Assembly: GCA_964035545.1 (NCBI GenBank)
Contig: OZ037765.1
Coordinates: 20,274,995 to 20,338,994 of the forward strand
Source: Bugula neritina
Lineage: Eukaryota > Animalia > Bryozoa
Direction of reading: 5' to 3'
DNA length: 64,000 nt
Shown: positions 39,901-52,294 of the stretch, piece by piece
Numbering within the stretch: position 1 is the stretch's first letter
How the letters are laid out: each line of letters starts with the position of its first letter
The notes under the pieces: model-generated
Told to the model about the DNA's origin: nothing
The model's database searches: none
Seen by the model: only the letters and a program-made list of their open reading frames with translations
Program-made: the position numbers and the translations under genes

Positions 39901-42900
39901 TCCCAGAGGAAATGCTTTGCTCGTTGGCGTTGGAGGTAAGCTTATGGCCAATGTATATCTAGTACTTGAGGCACATGTTTTTCTCGAACTGAGTATGTTA
40001 CTACTTATCATATGCAAATTTTCTAGACCTGCCTTTTAAAGTTTTGCAACTTTTTTCAGGTTCTGGCAAGCAGTCTTTGGCTAGACTTGCTGGTTTCATC
40101 ACTGGTTTAGAGCCGTTTCAAATTACTATTAGGAAAGGCTACTCTATCCCCGACTTGAAGCTGGATATTGCTGGTCTATACATCAAGGCTGGAGTGAAGA
40201 ATGTTGGCTGCATGTTCTTAATGACTGACGCCCAGGTGAGTGGTTGCTTATGGAACATGAAACTGTAACCTCATTAAGTAACATAATGCTAGGTTCAAAT
40301 GTCAAGTCTCTTTGGTTTTATGTTTCGTAATTTATATGACTCACGCGGATGCTTCCAGAAAAAAATTTAGAAATCTTTTTTCAACACATATTATGACTAC
40401 AAAACTTAGTTTTGGTCTATAATCTACCATTTTGGTGTACATGTAAACATTCCAGGTGACTGATGAGAAGTTTTTGGTGCTGGTAAATGATTTGCTCTCT
40501 ACCGGTGAGATCGCTGACCTTCTACCTGATGACGACGTAGAAAATTGTATCAATGGCGTAAGAAATGAAGTGAAAGGCATTGGACTGGAGGATACTAGAG
40601 AGAACTGCTGGAAGTTCTTTATCGACAGAGTGCGAAAGATGTTAAAGGTGGTGTTGTGCTTCTCACCTGTTGGCAGTACTCTGAGAGTGAGAGGAAGGAA
40701 GTTCCCTGGTGTGGTTAACTGTACCAGCATCGACTGGTTCCACGAGTGGCCGCAAGAAGCTCTCATCTCCGTGAGCAGACGATTCATCAATGACAGCGAG
40801 TACTTGCCAGAGAATCTGAAAGATTCGGTAGCAGAGTTCATGTCCTTTGTACATACCTCTGTAAACGAAGCTTCCCAGCAGTACCTGCAGCACGAAAAGA
40901 GATACAACTACACAACCCCTAAGAGTTTCCTCGAACAGATTGCCCTCTACCTCAACATCCTGTCTACTAAGAATCACGAGCTACAAGGGAAGATGCAGCG
41001 TCTGGAGAATGGTCTAGAGAAATTGAGGTCTACAGGTATGCAACGTCAGAAGTACAGTTATACTGATGCAAATACCTGAAATCAAAGACACTGGTAGACC
41101 AATTATTATTTGAAATAATTTTAATCTTGTAGTTATGATATTTTGAAACTGCTGCAGTTAATTGATTTTATTTGCAATATTTTAGCTGCTCAGGTGGATG
41201 ATTTGAAAGCAAAACTAGCAGCTCAAGAAATTGAGTTGACCCAGAAGAACGAAGATGCCAACAAGCTGATTCAGATTGTAGGAGCTGAGACAGAGAAAGT
41301 ATCCAAAGAGAAAGCTATTGCTGATGAAGAAGAGAAAAAGGTAACGTGATGCAATCTTCAAACTCTGGTTTTGTTCAAATAACAGACTTTGTTTATTATT
41401 TTGTTAAAAAACTGCTATAATTTACAGTGAGTTTTACCATGGCAGACATATTGTTGTTTAGCACAATGTTCTTCTGATACTATACATTACATATTTAGGC
41501 ATTATTTATGGTTTACAAGACTTCACATGCTGAATTGCCTGTATACTTCTCTAGGTTGCTGTCATCAAAGAAGAAGTAACTAAAAAGCAGATATCTTGTG
41601 AGACAGATCTAGCTAAAGCTGAACCTGCTCTGATAGCTGCCCAGGAAGCTTTGAACACTTTGAATAAGGTACTAAACCTTAAATAACTACTGCAAGTGCA
41701 ACTGTTTCTTTTTTTGATTAGTACTGTTTTATTGTGTCAATTTTCTTAGCGGATCAAAGGAATGCATACTGTTTTTAAACATTCCTTTCATCATTTTAAT
41801 AAAAATAACTGTTTATGTGGTGAATATTTGCAGAACAACTTGACTGAGTTGAAGTCCTTTGGTTCACCTCCAGCTGCCGTTGTTAGTGTTACGGCAGCGG
41901 TGATGTGCCTGATGGCACCTGGCGGAAAAGTGCCTAAGGATAGAAGTTGGAAGGCTGCTAAGGGTATGATGGCCAAGGTATGTTGATGCACGATTGAGTT
42001 AATCGCCAGTTAATTTTTGTTTAAAATCTACTGGTATTTGATTGTTCAGTCAAATTTTCAGACAATATTGCGTAGTGCCAAGTCCATTTTCAATATAAAT
42101 ACTATTAGTTTTGATGTAATTGAAAATTGTATACTGTATTGGCATGTTTAGCAACTTTGTTGGCGTCTTAAACAGGTGGATGGTTTTCTTGATTCGCTAA
42201 TTAATTATGACAAGGAGAATATTCCAGACGCCTGTTTAAAGGCTCTTGAGCCATACTTGGCAAACCCAGAGTTTGACCCTGAATTTATACGTGCAAAGTC
42301 GGCAGCCGCTGCTGGGCTTTGCGCTTGGGCAGTTAATATCGTGGCGTAAGTAGAACCGATGCGTAGGCAGCCAGACATCTCCATAGATGACGCGTTGTGG
42401 CTGTTATCTGTTAGACCAAGACGTGGAGTGGCTTTCTTTATATGTTTAGCTGTTATATATTTAGTGTTCCGTGTTTCTTTCTGTTCTCTTTATACTCTTC
42501 TCTTCTGCTAATTTAACCAACCATAGGTTGACGGGTTTCTAGACTCACTCATAAACTATGACAAAGAAAATATACCCGACGCTTGTCTTAAAGCCGTCGA
42601 CCCTTATTTGCTTGACCCTGAGTTTGATGCAGACTTTATTAGAGGAAAGTCTGCTGCCGCTGCCGGCCTCTGTGCCTGGGCTATAAATATTGTCACGTAA
42701 GTGACCTAATATGTCAGCATGTCATGAGATATACACGAAGGTAGAGTACAGTATAGTAGAGAGCTAGATCTCACTCAGTCAACACTATGTATACATCTAG
42801 AGGTGTTATTGTTGTCTTAGCTATTACATAGTTTTACTACTTCCCTAACTCTCCAGTTGTGCCAGTGTTTTATTAGAAGTGAATATAAAGTAACTCAACT

Positions 42901-44720
42901 TCTGCAATCCCCTCACCCACATCACTGCTGATTGAGATAACTAAGTCATGCTATAGAATTACTTTTTATATACCGATTTGGCTTGTATTAGGATATATAC
43001 TGGTCTACACTTTTACGTTATATTTTAGTTAAAAGATATGAGAAATATATCTTGTCAATAAACCTTATTTATTGTGCCTCGTTATCTCACTCAGTTGCTA
43101 GTAACAGTTGCTAGTAACAGTTGCTAGTAACAGTTGCTAGTAACAGTTGCTAGTAACAGTTGCTAGTAACAGTTGCTAGTAACAGTTGCTAGTAACAGTT
43201 GCTAGTAACAGTTGCTAAATCTATATTGGCTTTTTGATGACAGTATGGTACATAAAGATACCGTATTTAGTGTACCACAATCTACATGATAAGCTGGTCA
43301 AGACAAGATATATTTATTCATGAAGTTGTTTTTGTGGTTTGTTGTTTTTGAGTTAGTTTTGCTGCTGGTTAAGTTTACTTTAGTTATGATACATTGTTTT
43401 ATAGTATTTTACGCCATAATAGAGAACTTTATGGTGAACTTCACTCTTTTTAGTTTCTATCGAGTCTATTGTGATGTGGAGCCTAAACGTCTTGCTCTTG
43501 CTGCTGCCAATGCCGAGTTGGCTGCTGCCGTGGAGAAACTGAAAGGAATTCAGAATAAGATCAAAGCTCTAGAGGAGGTCCTTGACAAGCTGACTGCTGA
43601 CTTTGAGAGAGCTACTGCTGAGAAGATCAGGTGTCAGGAGCAGGCTGACTCTACCAACAGAACCATCAAGTAAGCGTGACGGTTATACATGGTACACTGT
43701 CTGTTTGTGTGCTTAACATATGCGTAGTGTCAAGAGGCAATCTGAATTACTATGTAAAAAGATTATAGTATGTATTACATATATAGTACATATAGAAAAT
43801 TATTACTATTTGTATACTGTCTATAAAAATTAGCCTCTCTGCATACAGTGACATCGAAGAGCTGGTTACTTTGTTTGCTGTAATTATGTTTTATGGGCAT
43901 AAAAAGCATTGAAAAGTACATATTTTACTAACTCTTAATAGCCTGGCTAATCGGCTAGTGGGTGGTCTGGCATCTGAGAACGTGCGTTGGGCAGAGTCTG
44001 TGGAGCTGTTTAAGGAACAAGCTACGACTTTGCCGGGAGACGTGCTGCTCACAACAGCCTTTGTATCTTATGTTGGCTGTTTCATCAAGAGTTACAGAGT
44101 GGACCTGATGGAAAATCAATGGCTGCCATTCCTCACCAAACTCTCCGTAAGAAATTACTTCTATCAGCTATTTTGTCATAAGTATTGCAATATATCACCA
44201 ACTTAATAAACATCTTTGACAATCAACCTAAATTGCTCAACTGGGATAATTTTGCATGTAAAAATTGTTATAGCATGATAAATTTTTTTGAAATTTAAAT
44301 TTTTATACAATTCTATATGTAAGGTTAAATTTGTGTGATAATCTAGCAATATAATTTATCTAATAGCATAATAATATGTACTATGTATTGTTACAGGAAA
44401 ACAGTGCGGTAGGATATGAATTATGTAGCTTTAAATGTCTTGTCGCTTGCTTAGTTTGTTGATTTTATTGAACTATATTTTCTTGAATTTTATTCTATTT
44501 CACATTCTCTCTGAGTTGGGCACATATAATTATAATATTCTAGAAACTTGCTATTTTTTCCACAGACTTTAAATGCATTATTTTCTAGCAGCTATTTCTA
44601 CAAAAGTATCTTATCTTTTACATTCTTTAAGCTTTTAATGCCTTTTGTTAGAATATTTATTTATAGCTAGAAATTTTTTATATTTCCGTAGTGTTATAAT
44701 TATGCTTTCTAACATGCTAT

Positions 44721-44765
<45 letters not shown>

Positions 44766-44790
44766 TATGTATAAATATATATATAAATAA

Positions 44791-44822
<32 letters not shown>

Positions 44823-47800
44823 GTATATATATACACACACGGATAGAGATTATATACAGCAGTTATTGGTTTGTAGACTCCAATACCCGTGACAAAAGAC
44901 CTTGACCCCTTGTCCATGCTGACAGACGACGCTCAGATTGCTACTTGGAATAATGAGGGACTTCCATCAGACAGGATGTCAACTGAAAATGCCACCATCT
45001 TGTGTAACTGTGAAAGATGGCCGCTTATGATTGACCCTCAACTTCAGGTATTCACTTTGCTAATTTTAACTGCATGATTGTATGTTATATATACCGAGAA
45101 GTTACTGGTACTAAGTGCAAATTTATTTGTTGTGTTTCAGGGTATTAAATGGGTGAAAACTCGATATGCTGAGTCGCTGATAGTCGTGAGACTTGGCCAG
45201 AAAGGTTACCTCGACAGAATAGAGCACGCTGTCATGTCTGGAGACGTTGTGTTAATTGAGAACATTGAGGAGAGCATAGATCCGGTACTCGATCCTTTAC
45301 TTGGCCGTAACCTCATCAAGAAAGGTCGTTACATCAAAATGGGCGATAAAGAAGTCGAGTACAACAAAGCTTTCAAACTCATTCTGCAAACTAAAGTGAG
45401 TTTTTAATTAATTACAAAAAAAAATTTTTTTGGGCATTTTTGAGGCATATAATAATAGTGGTTAAAATTGTTGAGTTAGTTATTGTATCAACTTTTTTCA
45501 ATTTATTCTAGTTGGCTAACCCTCACTACAAACCTGAGATGCAAGCCCAGACAACACTGATCAACTTCACTGTCACCAGAGACGGTTTAGAAGATCAGCT
45601 ACTGGCGCAGGTGGTGGCCGTAGAGAGACCAGACTTGGAGCAGCTCAAGTCAGAGCTTACCCGCCAGCAGAACGAGTTCAAGATTGTGTTGAAGAAACTG
45701 GAGGATGATTTGTTGGCTAGGCTTTCCGCTGCAGGTTGTAGCTTTTACTTGGTCACGAGTCTAATATTTATTGTGCCAAGAACTTGTTTATGTTCTCCAA
45801 AAGCTGTAAGAAGTTATATGATTTCATATATAAATATCATGTAGTATATTCCCAATATAAATTTTATAGTGCTGGAAGGCCTTTTTGGTAAGAGTATATG
45901 ACTGATGAAATTAAGCAAGACAACTTGCGTGACAGGCTTAGCTCCTTTAAAGTTTAAACTGTTTTCATTATAGAGATAATAAATATAATATATATTTTGG
46001 AATATCTTGCAGAGGGGGATTTCCTGGGCGACACTGCTCTTGTTGAGAACCTTGAAACCACCAAGACAACGGCTACCGAGATTGCCGAGAAAGTGGAGCA
46101 AGCTAAAGTAACTGAAGTTCAGATCAATGAAGCCAGAGAGCACTACCGTCCAGCTGCAGCCAGGGCCTCACTTCTCTACTTTATTCTCAATGAGCTCTTT
46201 AAAATCAATCCTATGTACCAATTCTCTCTCAAGGTATTGTATCTGCAACGTTTTACATTATATTTATCTGCAAACTCATTACTTCTCTGATTTGTAACTA
46301 ATGAACTGATTATATTATAGCATTGCTACTGATGTATTTTAGGCTTTCAGCATTGTGTTTGGTAAAGCCATTGAAAGAGCAGAGCCAGCTGACGAGGTGA
46401 AGGCCAGAGTGGTAAATCTCATTGACTTCATCACTTTCTCCGTATTCAACTACACCAGCAGAGGGTTGTTTGAGAAGGATAAGCTGATCTTCGTTTCTCA
46501 GATGTGCTTCAGCGTAAGTTTGTTTATAAGTCTTACACTCATGCATTGTTCATACTTTCAACTCACAACTTAATGGTCTGCCTGGTGGGAAATGATCTCT
46601 GTGATTGTGCACTAGTATTGCTTCTATATAAAGTTATTTGGAAAATGACTCATCCATTCTATTTTCAGATTCATATTCAATGTTCAAGTAGCTTGACATA
46701 TTACATATGTGTATTGATGACTAATTTAATTTTAGATTCTGACAGTTTCCAAGGCTATCAACCCTGTGGAATTAGATTTCTTGCTAAGATTCCCTGCACA
46801 GCCGAATGTCACCTCCCCAGTTGACTTCCTCTCACATAACAGTTGGGGTGGAATCAAATCACTGTCGGGAATGGAGGAGTTCAGAAACCTGGACCGTGAC
46901 ATCGAAGGGTCTGCTAAGAGATGGAAGAAGTTTGTTGAGTCTGAGTGTCCAGAGAAAGAAAAGTTCCCTCAGGAGTGGAAGAATAAAACATCTCTGCAGA
47001 AGTTGTGTATGATGAGAGCTCTGAGACCTGACCGTATGTCCTACGCCATGGTCGACTTTGTCGCTGAGATGTTGGGTACCAAGTATGTTGAAGGTAAGGT
47101 GATAAATTTAATTGTATCTGGTTCACCTATCAAAATGTGTATGCAATTTTTGTCTTTTCAATATCAAGAAGTTAAGTAGTATTTTATGCTAAATGCTTTA
47201 TAAGTTGAAATTTTCTATTAAATATATCTTCAACAGTCACAGCTATCATAAACGTTGTACTTAATTTAATTTTTATTTAATTATAAGTTGAAATCTCAAG
47301 GCATTGTAATCTTTATAACTCTGTTTTATACTTATTTCATTTCTTTTAAATTGCAGGAAGATCAATTGAGTTTGCTAAATCTTATGAAGAGACGGGGCCA
47401 GGGACGCCCGTGTTTTTCATCCTATCACCTGGGGTGGATCCACTCAAAGACGTGGAGGCTCTTGGAAAGAAACTTGGCTTCACTTTCGACAGCAACAACT
47501 TTCATAATATCTCTCTAGGTCAAGGTCAGGAGATTGTGGCTGAACAGGCTATGGATTTGGCCGCCAAAGAGGGTCACTGGGTGGTGTTACAGGTATTGAG
47601 ATATGGTTGTTATAGCTTTAGTTAGGTGTGTGCGCCTTGCTCTGTATAGAGTTGTGTTCCCTTCTTGTATTCAATATCAAACTATAGCGATAAGGTATTT
47701 AAATGAATTTTTAAGTGTTTAAAATATTCAAAGATTTTAATGTTTTAGTAAAAATGTTCATATAAAATTACATTTATTAAAAGGTTTGCAAAGGTTTTTC

Positions 47801-50800
47801 GTATTTACTATTGTTGCGTATAAATAAAAATTTAATTATAGTTCAACATTAACTGTAAAATAAGCAGCATTTTATTTCTGCGATTGTGTAGCTAGCCCTA
47901 TTTCAATGCATGGGAACTTGGTCAAGAAATTTTTTAAAAGCCCTTATTTTATATTTTAATGTTTATTAGTTTTGATTAACAAATGAGGTAACTGTAACTA
48001 GCAATTTCCTTATCTATGAAATCATTAAAGTTTTTTTAGTAAAAAATTAAGAAATTTGTATAAAAAACATGTTTCTACTGTTGTAGGTATCTGAGAAAAT
48101 CATTTACCTCCAATGTTACAAGTATTTATTTTATAAAAAATGTGCTGTTCTTTGCTTTAGAATGTGCACTTGGTTGCTAAGTGGCTGGGAACATTGGAGA
48201 GGAAGTTAGAAGAACACAGTCTAACCGCTAATGATGCCTACAGAGTGTATATTTCTGCAGAGCCAGCTAGCAGTGCTGAGTACCATATCATTCCTCAGGT
48301 ATACTAATTTTCCACCACCAATCTAGGGTACAAAGTCAAACAGTGTCATATAGATTTTTACCTGCATACAAAATACAAATTAGTGTCATTGATTTGTAGT
48401 TATTACAATGTAGTCTCATTATTATGTGTTAATTTTTTTGTGTTTATTACTAAATAGCAACTTTTAATAAATAATTTTTTATTAAAATTTGAGATGCATT
48501 AAACTTTTAAATAGCTGCTTTTGAGTATTTCAAATGCACAATTTAAACTTAAGACTGAATGTACTTCTTCAGGGTATCCTTGAGTCAGCTATCAAAATCA
48601 CCAATGAGCCCCCAACTGGTATGACAGCCAACTTGCATAAAGCACTAGACAACTTTAACCAAGACACTCTGGAGATGTGTGCCAGAGAGAATGAGTTTAG
48701 AAGCATACTCTTCTCTCTATGCTATTTCCATGCTGTTGTTTGTGAGAGAAGAAAGTTTGGACCACAAGGTACAACTTTCTAACTTTTTCATATTTTTTGA
48801 GCTTTTGAGTTACATTAAATACTATTTGATTTTAACTGGAAGGAATATTATAGATAGGCAGTGGCATAGGTTTTCTTTTCTGCATCAAATACCTAGAGTA
48901 AAGTTTATCATAGACTAAGGTGCTTGTGCAACTATACAGTTGTCAACTGAAACAGCTAGTACTTTATAGCTTTGAAAATTCATATCAAGGATCGGACAAT
49001 GTTTTAATCCATATTCAGCATTTACAAATAATGTATTAAAATTTTAATTGCTGTTAGGTGATCTGAAATTGTAATTAAAAGATTTTTTACTATTGGTATT
49101 AGGTCAAATGACCAGATTATTTGAAATTATGTTGAGAGTTGTCTACCCAGTGCAGTATATATACATTTTTATGAAAATTATTTTATTTTATACGGAAGTA
49201 AGCTGAAAATATTTCATAGACATGTGATTATATTTCTCCTCATGTCGTTCAGGCTGGAACAGAGTATACCCGTACAACACTGGAGACTTGACTATCAGTG
49301 CCATGGTGCTGTACAACTACCTGGAGGCTAATGCCAAGGTCCCGTGGGAAGATCTGCGATATCTCTTTGGCGAGATTATGTACGGCGGCCATATTACCGA
49401 TGACTGGGACAGGAAGTTGTGTCGAACATACCTGGAGGAATACATGCATCCCGATATGGTGAGAGATGCGCACTCGCATTATGCATAACATGCTGCATAT
49501 TCGTTTGTGAAATATCGCAATTAGTGCTTGCAGACGCGAATTTATCTGATAATATATTGAATGGTGAGAATATATGTAAATAGTTGAACAAGTATACTAA
49601 TGATTGCTTGATAATATCATCAACGTAGTCTGTTTAACAACTTATATTCATTATGCAGAAATCAAGATGCGCTTCGGCTAATTGGCTTCAAAAAGTCTGC
49701 CTACTAACGATAATTAGTTGAATCATTTAGATCTCGCATTCGTTAAGGTCTTCCTGCTTAACCAATTAGGGTTTTCCACTCCAGGCACTCGTAATCTTCT
49801 TAAGAGTTGCTTGGGTTGAACTTGTTGAGTTACTCTAAAAACTTATTTAATTATGTTGGACTTCAAACTAAAATAAGCTTTATTTTATGATGGTATGCGA
49901 GTATGTTTGTTGCAACAAGTTAAAGGACTTTCTAGTGTTTGCTGATAATACGTATATGAACAGCGAACTGATCGTAAAGTTGTTACTAATTATTGAACTG
50001 CTATAATGAGGGTATTGTTTCGCAGATTATTTCATCTTCTTTTTATAATTATGTAAACTGCAAAGTAATTGTATATTCTGTATTGCTATAGGTTTGTAAT
50101 GATTGAGCTTATGCTGAATGTAATGCAATATAACTGATATCCTCAACTGTATATTACATATATATAAATTAGCTTGGCACTCCAATATACACTTTTATAT
50201 GTGTAATTAGACTGTGTGTGCCACAATTAGCTTTTATTACAATACACATGCTTTCCTAATAATAATTTCAACCTATTTCCTATACTTCAATACAACCTAA
50301 TTTCTTTATTATATTACTTTAAAACTACGTTAGCCAGGATGCCAGAGTAAATAGCAGATAATTAGACGAAATATTATATTGCAACTGAAAACCTTTTGGT
50401 TACTTGCTAGCAGTATTAGTGAAGTACAGATATATGTCATGTAATTCCTATTAGTTGTAACTTTGAACTGGTAAATGATTAGTAAGTGACTGAAATATAT
50501 AATAGTTTCAAGTGTGTGATATTCCCAGTGATATTTCTGCTATTTCTGCATTCCTGGTTTAGTTGGAGGGAGAGTTGTACTTGGCTCCTGGGTTTCCCAT
50601 TCCTCCCAACTCCGACTACAAGGGGTACCACGCCTACATTGACGAATGCCTGCCTCCAGAAAGCCCCTACCTCTACGGTCTGCATCCAAATGCTGAGATT
50701 GAGTTTCTCACAACTAACTCTGATGCCTTGTTCAAAACCGTGTTTGAAATGCAACCAAGAGATGCCAGTGCTGGCAGCGGTGGTGGTGCCACCAAGGATG

Positions 50801-52178
50801 AGAGAATCAAGGTAGGTTGAAAGATTCAAGGAGAATGTCTTCTTTTCGTTGTCTTGAGTATTTTTATAGCCTATGTAGAATTTTAACACCACTGAACAGA
50901 CATGGTGCCTTGCTTGATCCTCGGATTACTATTCATAGGATAACGTTATTGGTGTTTTTATTGGTAGACTATTCTGGATGAAATAGTAGAGAAACTGCCC
51001 GAAGAGTTCAACATGATGGAGATCATGAATAAGGTACCCCCGGAGGAGAGAACTCCCTATGTCATTGTCGCATTCCAGGAGTGTGAGCGAATGAATACAC
51101 TAACCAATGAGATCAGAAGATCCCTGAAGGAATTGGATCTTGGGCTTAAGGTAACTAAAATGTCTTTTTTTTTCTAAACCATAAGATAAAATATGTATTT
51201 CTGAATATATTTATGTATGTATTGTGTATTTTTCTTCTTATTTTATTCAATGTTTTATGTTGTGGTTTTATTAAACTCCAGGGTGAATTGACCATCACCA
51301 GTGATATGGAAGATCTAGGAAATGCTCTGTACCTGGACGGAATGCCCGAGTCGTGGGCAAAGAGAGCTTACCCGTCACTCTTTGGTCTGGCTCAATGGTA
51401 TGCTGACTTGCTACTTCGTGTAAAAGAACTCGAGACCTGGGTCAGCGACTTCCAACTTCCTGCTGCCGTCTGGTTGGCTGGATTCTTCAATCCGCAGTCT
51501 TTCCTGACAGCTATTATGCAGCAGGTAAGGGTGCTGTCAGATGACAGAGTTACTCAGTCAATTGAGTCATTGAATAGGTGTTTATAAGCTCGGGAGGTTT
51601 TAGCACTAAAATTATATTTTTATTGTTTTATTTTAATAAAAATGATTATTTTTCTCAGTTTTTTATATCTTTGAACCTAATTTCACTAAAATTATATATT
51701 TATGCAAATGCCACTGGCTACAAAATATAGCATATACAATTTTAGGTTTAATATAATATTGTTGAGCAAGAAATAACCTAATCATATATTCATGTGATTG
51801 TAGATGGCACGTAAGAATGAATGGCCACTTGACAAAATGGCTCTACAGTGTGATGTGACCAAGAAGTCACGAGATGACATGAGTGGACCGCCCAGAGAGG
51901 GTGCTTACGTTCATGGACTGTTTATGGAGGGAGCCAGATGGGACACGCAGACTGGTATGATTGGCGAGGCCCGTCTCAAGGAGCTCGCACCGTCTATGCC
52001 TGTCATCTTCATCAAAGCTATCCCAGTTGACAGGATGGAGACAAAGAATATATACGAGTGCCCAGTATATAAAACTAAGCAGAGAGGCCCAACATTTGTC
52101 TGGACATTCAATCTGAAGACAAAAGAAAAAGCTGCAAAATGGATTCTAGGAGGAGTGGCTCTATTGCTGCAAGTCTAA
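15962..52178 (+). CDS. DNAH9/DNAH17: Axonemal outer-arm dynein beta-type heavy chain (DNAH9/11/17 class), complete, ~62 exons
   Basis: P-loops GPAGTGKT (~31011), GNAGTGKS (~32975), GSAGTGKS (~38081) and GVGG|SGKQ (39925-40072); [21 protein letters not shown], stalk/MTBD; C-terminus [23 protein letters not shown]...GGVALLLQV*. Confidence 0.97.
20525..20733 (+). mobile_element. tRNA-derived SINE remnant in a dynein intron
   Basis: GC-rich tRNA-like head with degenerate A box and B box GGTTCGAGCC (20580-20589). No paired acceptor stem; followed by a ~140-nt body and T-rich tail. Confidence 0.6.
33543..36347. mobile_element. Degenerate DNA transposon with ~26-bp TIRs and 4-bp AAAT TSD (Sola1-like), filling most of a 3-kb dynein intron
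   Basis: Left end GGCTCATCTCAAAATAATTAGTACA; reverse complement of right end GGCCCATCTCAAAATATTTAGTACA. AAAT flanks both ends (33539-33542, 36348-36351). Confidence 0.7.
42176..42345 (+). CDS. Dynein alternative exon A (MTBD helices H4-H6 and start of CC2), mutually exclusive
   Basis: cag|170 nt|gtaagt; encodes [56 protein letters not shown](A). Confidence 0.92.
42527..42696 (+). CDS. Dynein alternative exon B (MTBD helices H4-H6 and start of CC2), mutually exclusive
   Basis: tag|170 nt|gtaagt; encodes [56 protein letters not shown](T). Confidence 0.92.
43092..43217. repeat. Perfect 13-bp minisatellite (CAGTTGCTAGTAA) x9.7
   Basis: Units start at 43092 and every 13 nt to 43209 (last unit partial), with no mismatches. 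Confidence 0.97.
44726..44839. repeat. (TA)n microsatellite
   Basis: TA run just upstream of the dynein acceptor at 44876. Confidence 0.95.
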
Positions 52179-52189
52179 GCTGTGCCACT

Positions 52190-52294
52190 CTAGACTGTCT
52201 ATACACCAGGCTGTATTCCGTTCACCTAGACTGTCTATACGCCAGGCTGTATTCCGTTCACCTAGACTGTCTACACACCAGGCTGTATTCTGTT
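52190..52294 (+). repeat. 36-bp tandem repeat x~3 in the dynein 3' UTR
   Basis: CTAGACTGTCTATACACCAGGCTGTATTCCGTTCAC at 52190, 52226 and 52262. Confidence 0.9.

Noticed and set aside
40341-40907. 188-aa antisense ORF and similar minus-strand ORFs over dynein exons
   Set aside because: Shadow frames of real coding exons with no recognisable motifs.
42176-42696. Duplicated exon as an assembly or haplotype artefact
   Set aside because: Synonymous sites are heavily diverged and the flanking introns are unrelated, which does not fit allelic or misassembled copies.
43092-43217. CRISPR-like array
   Set aside because: Head-to-tail identical units with no spacers, in a eukaryotic intron.
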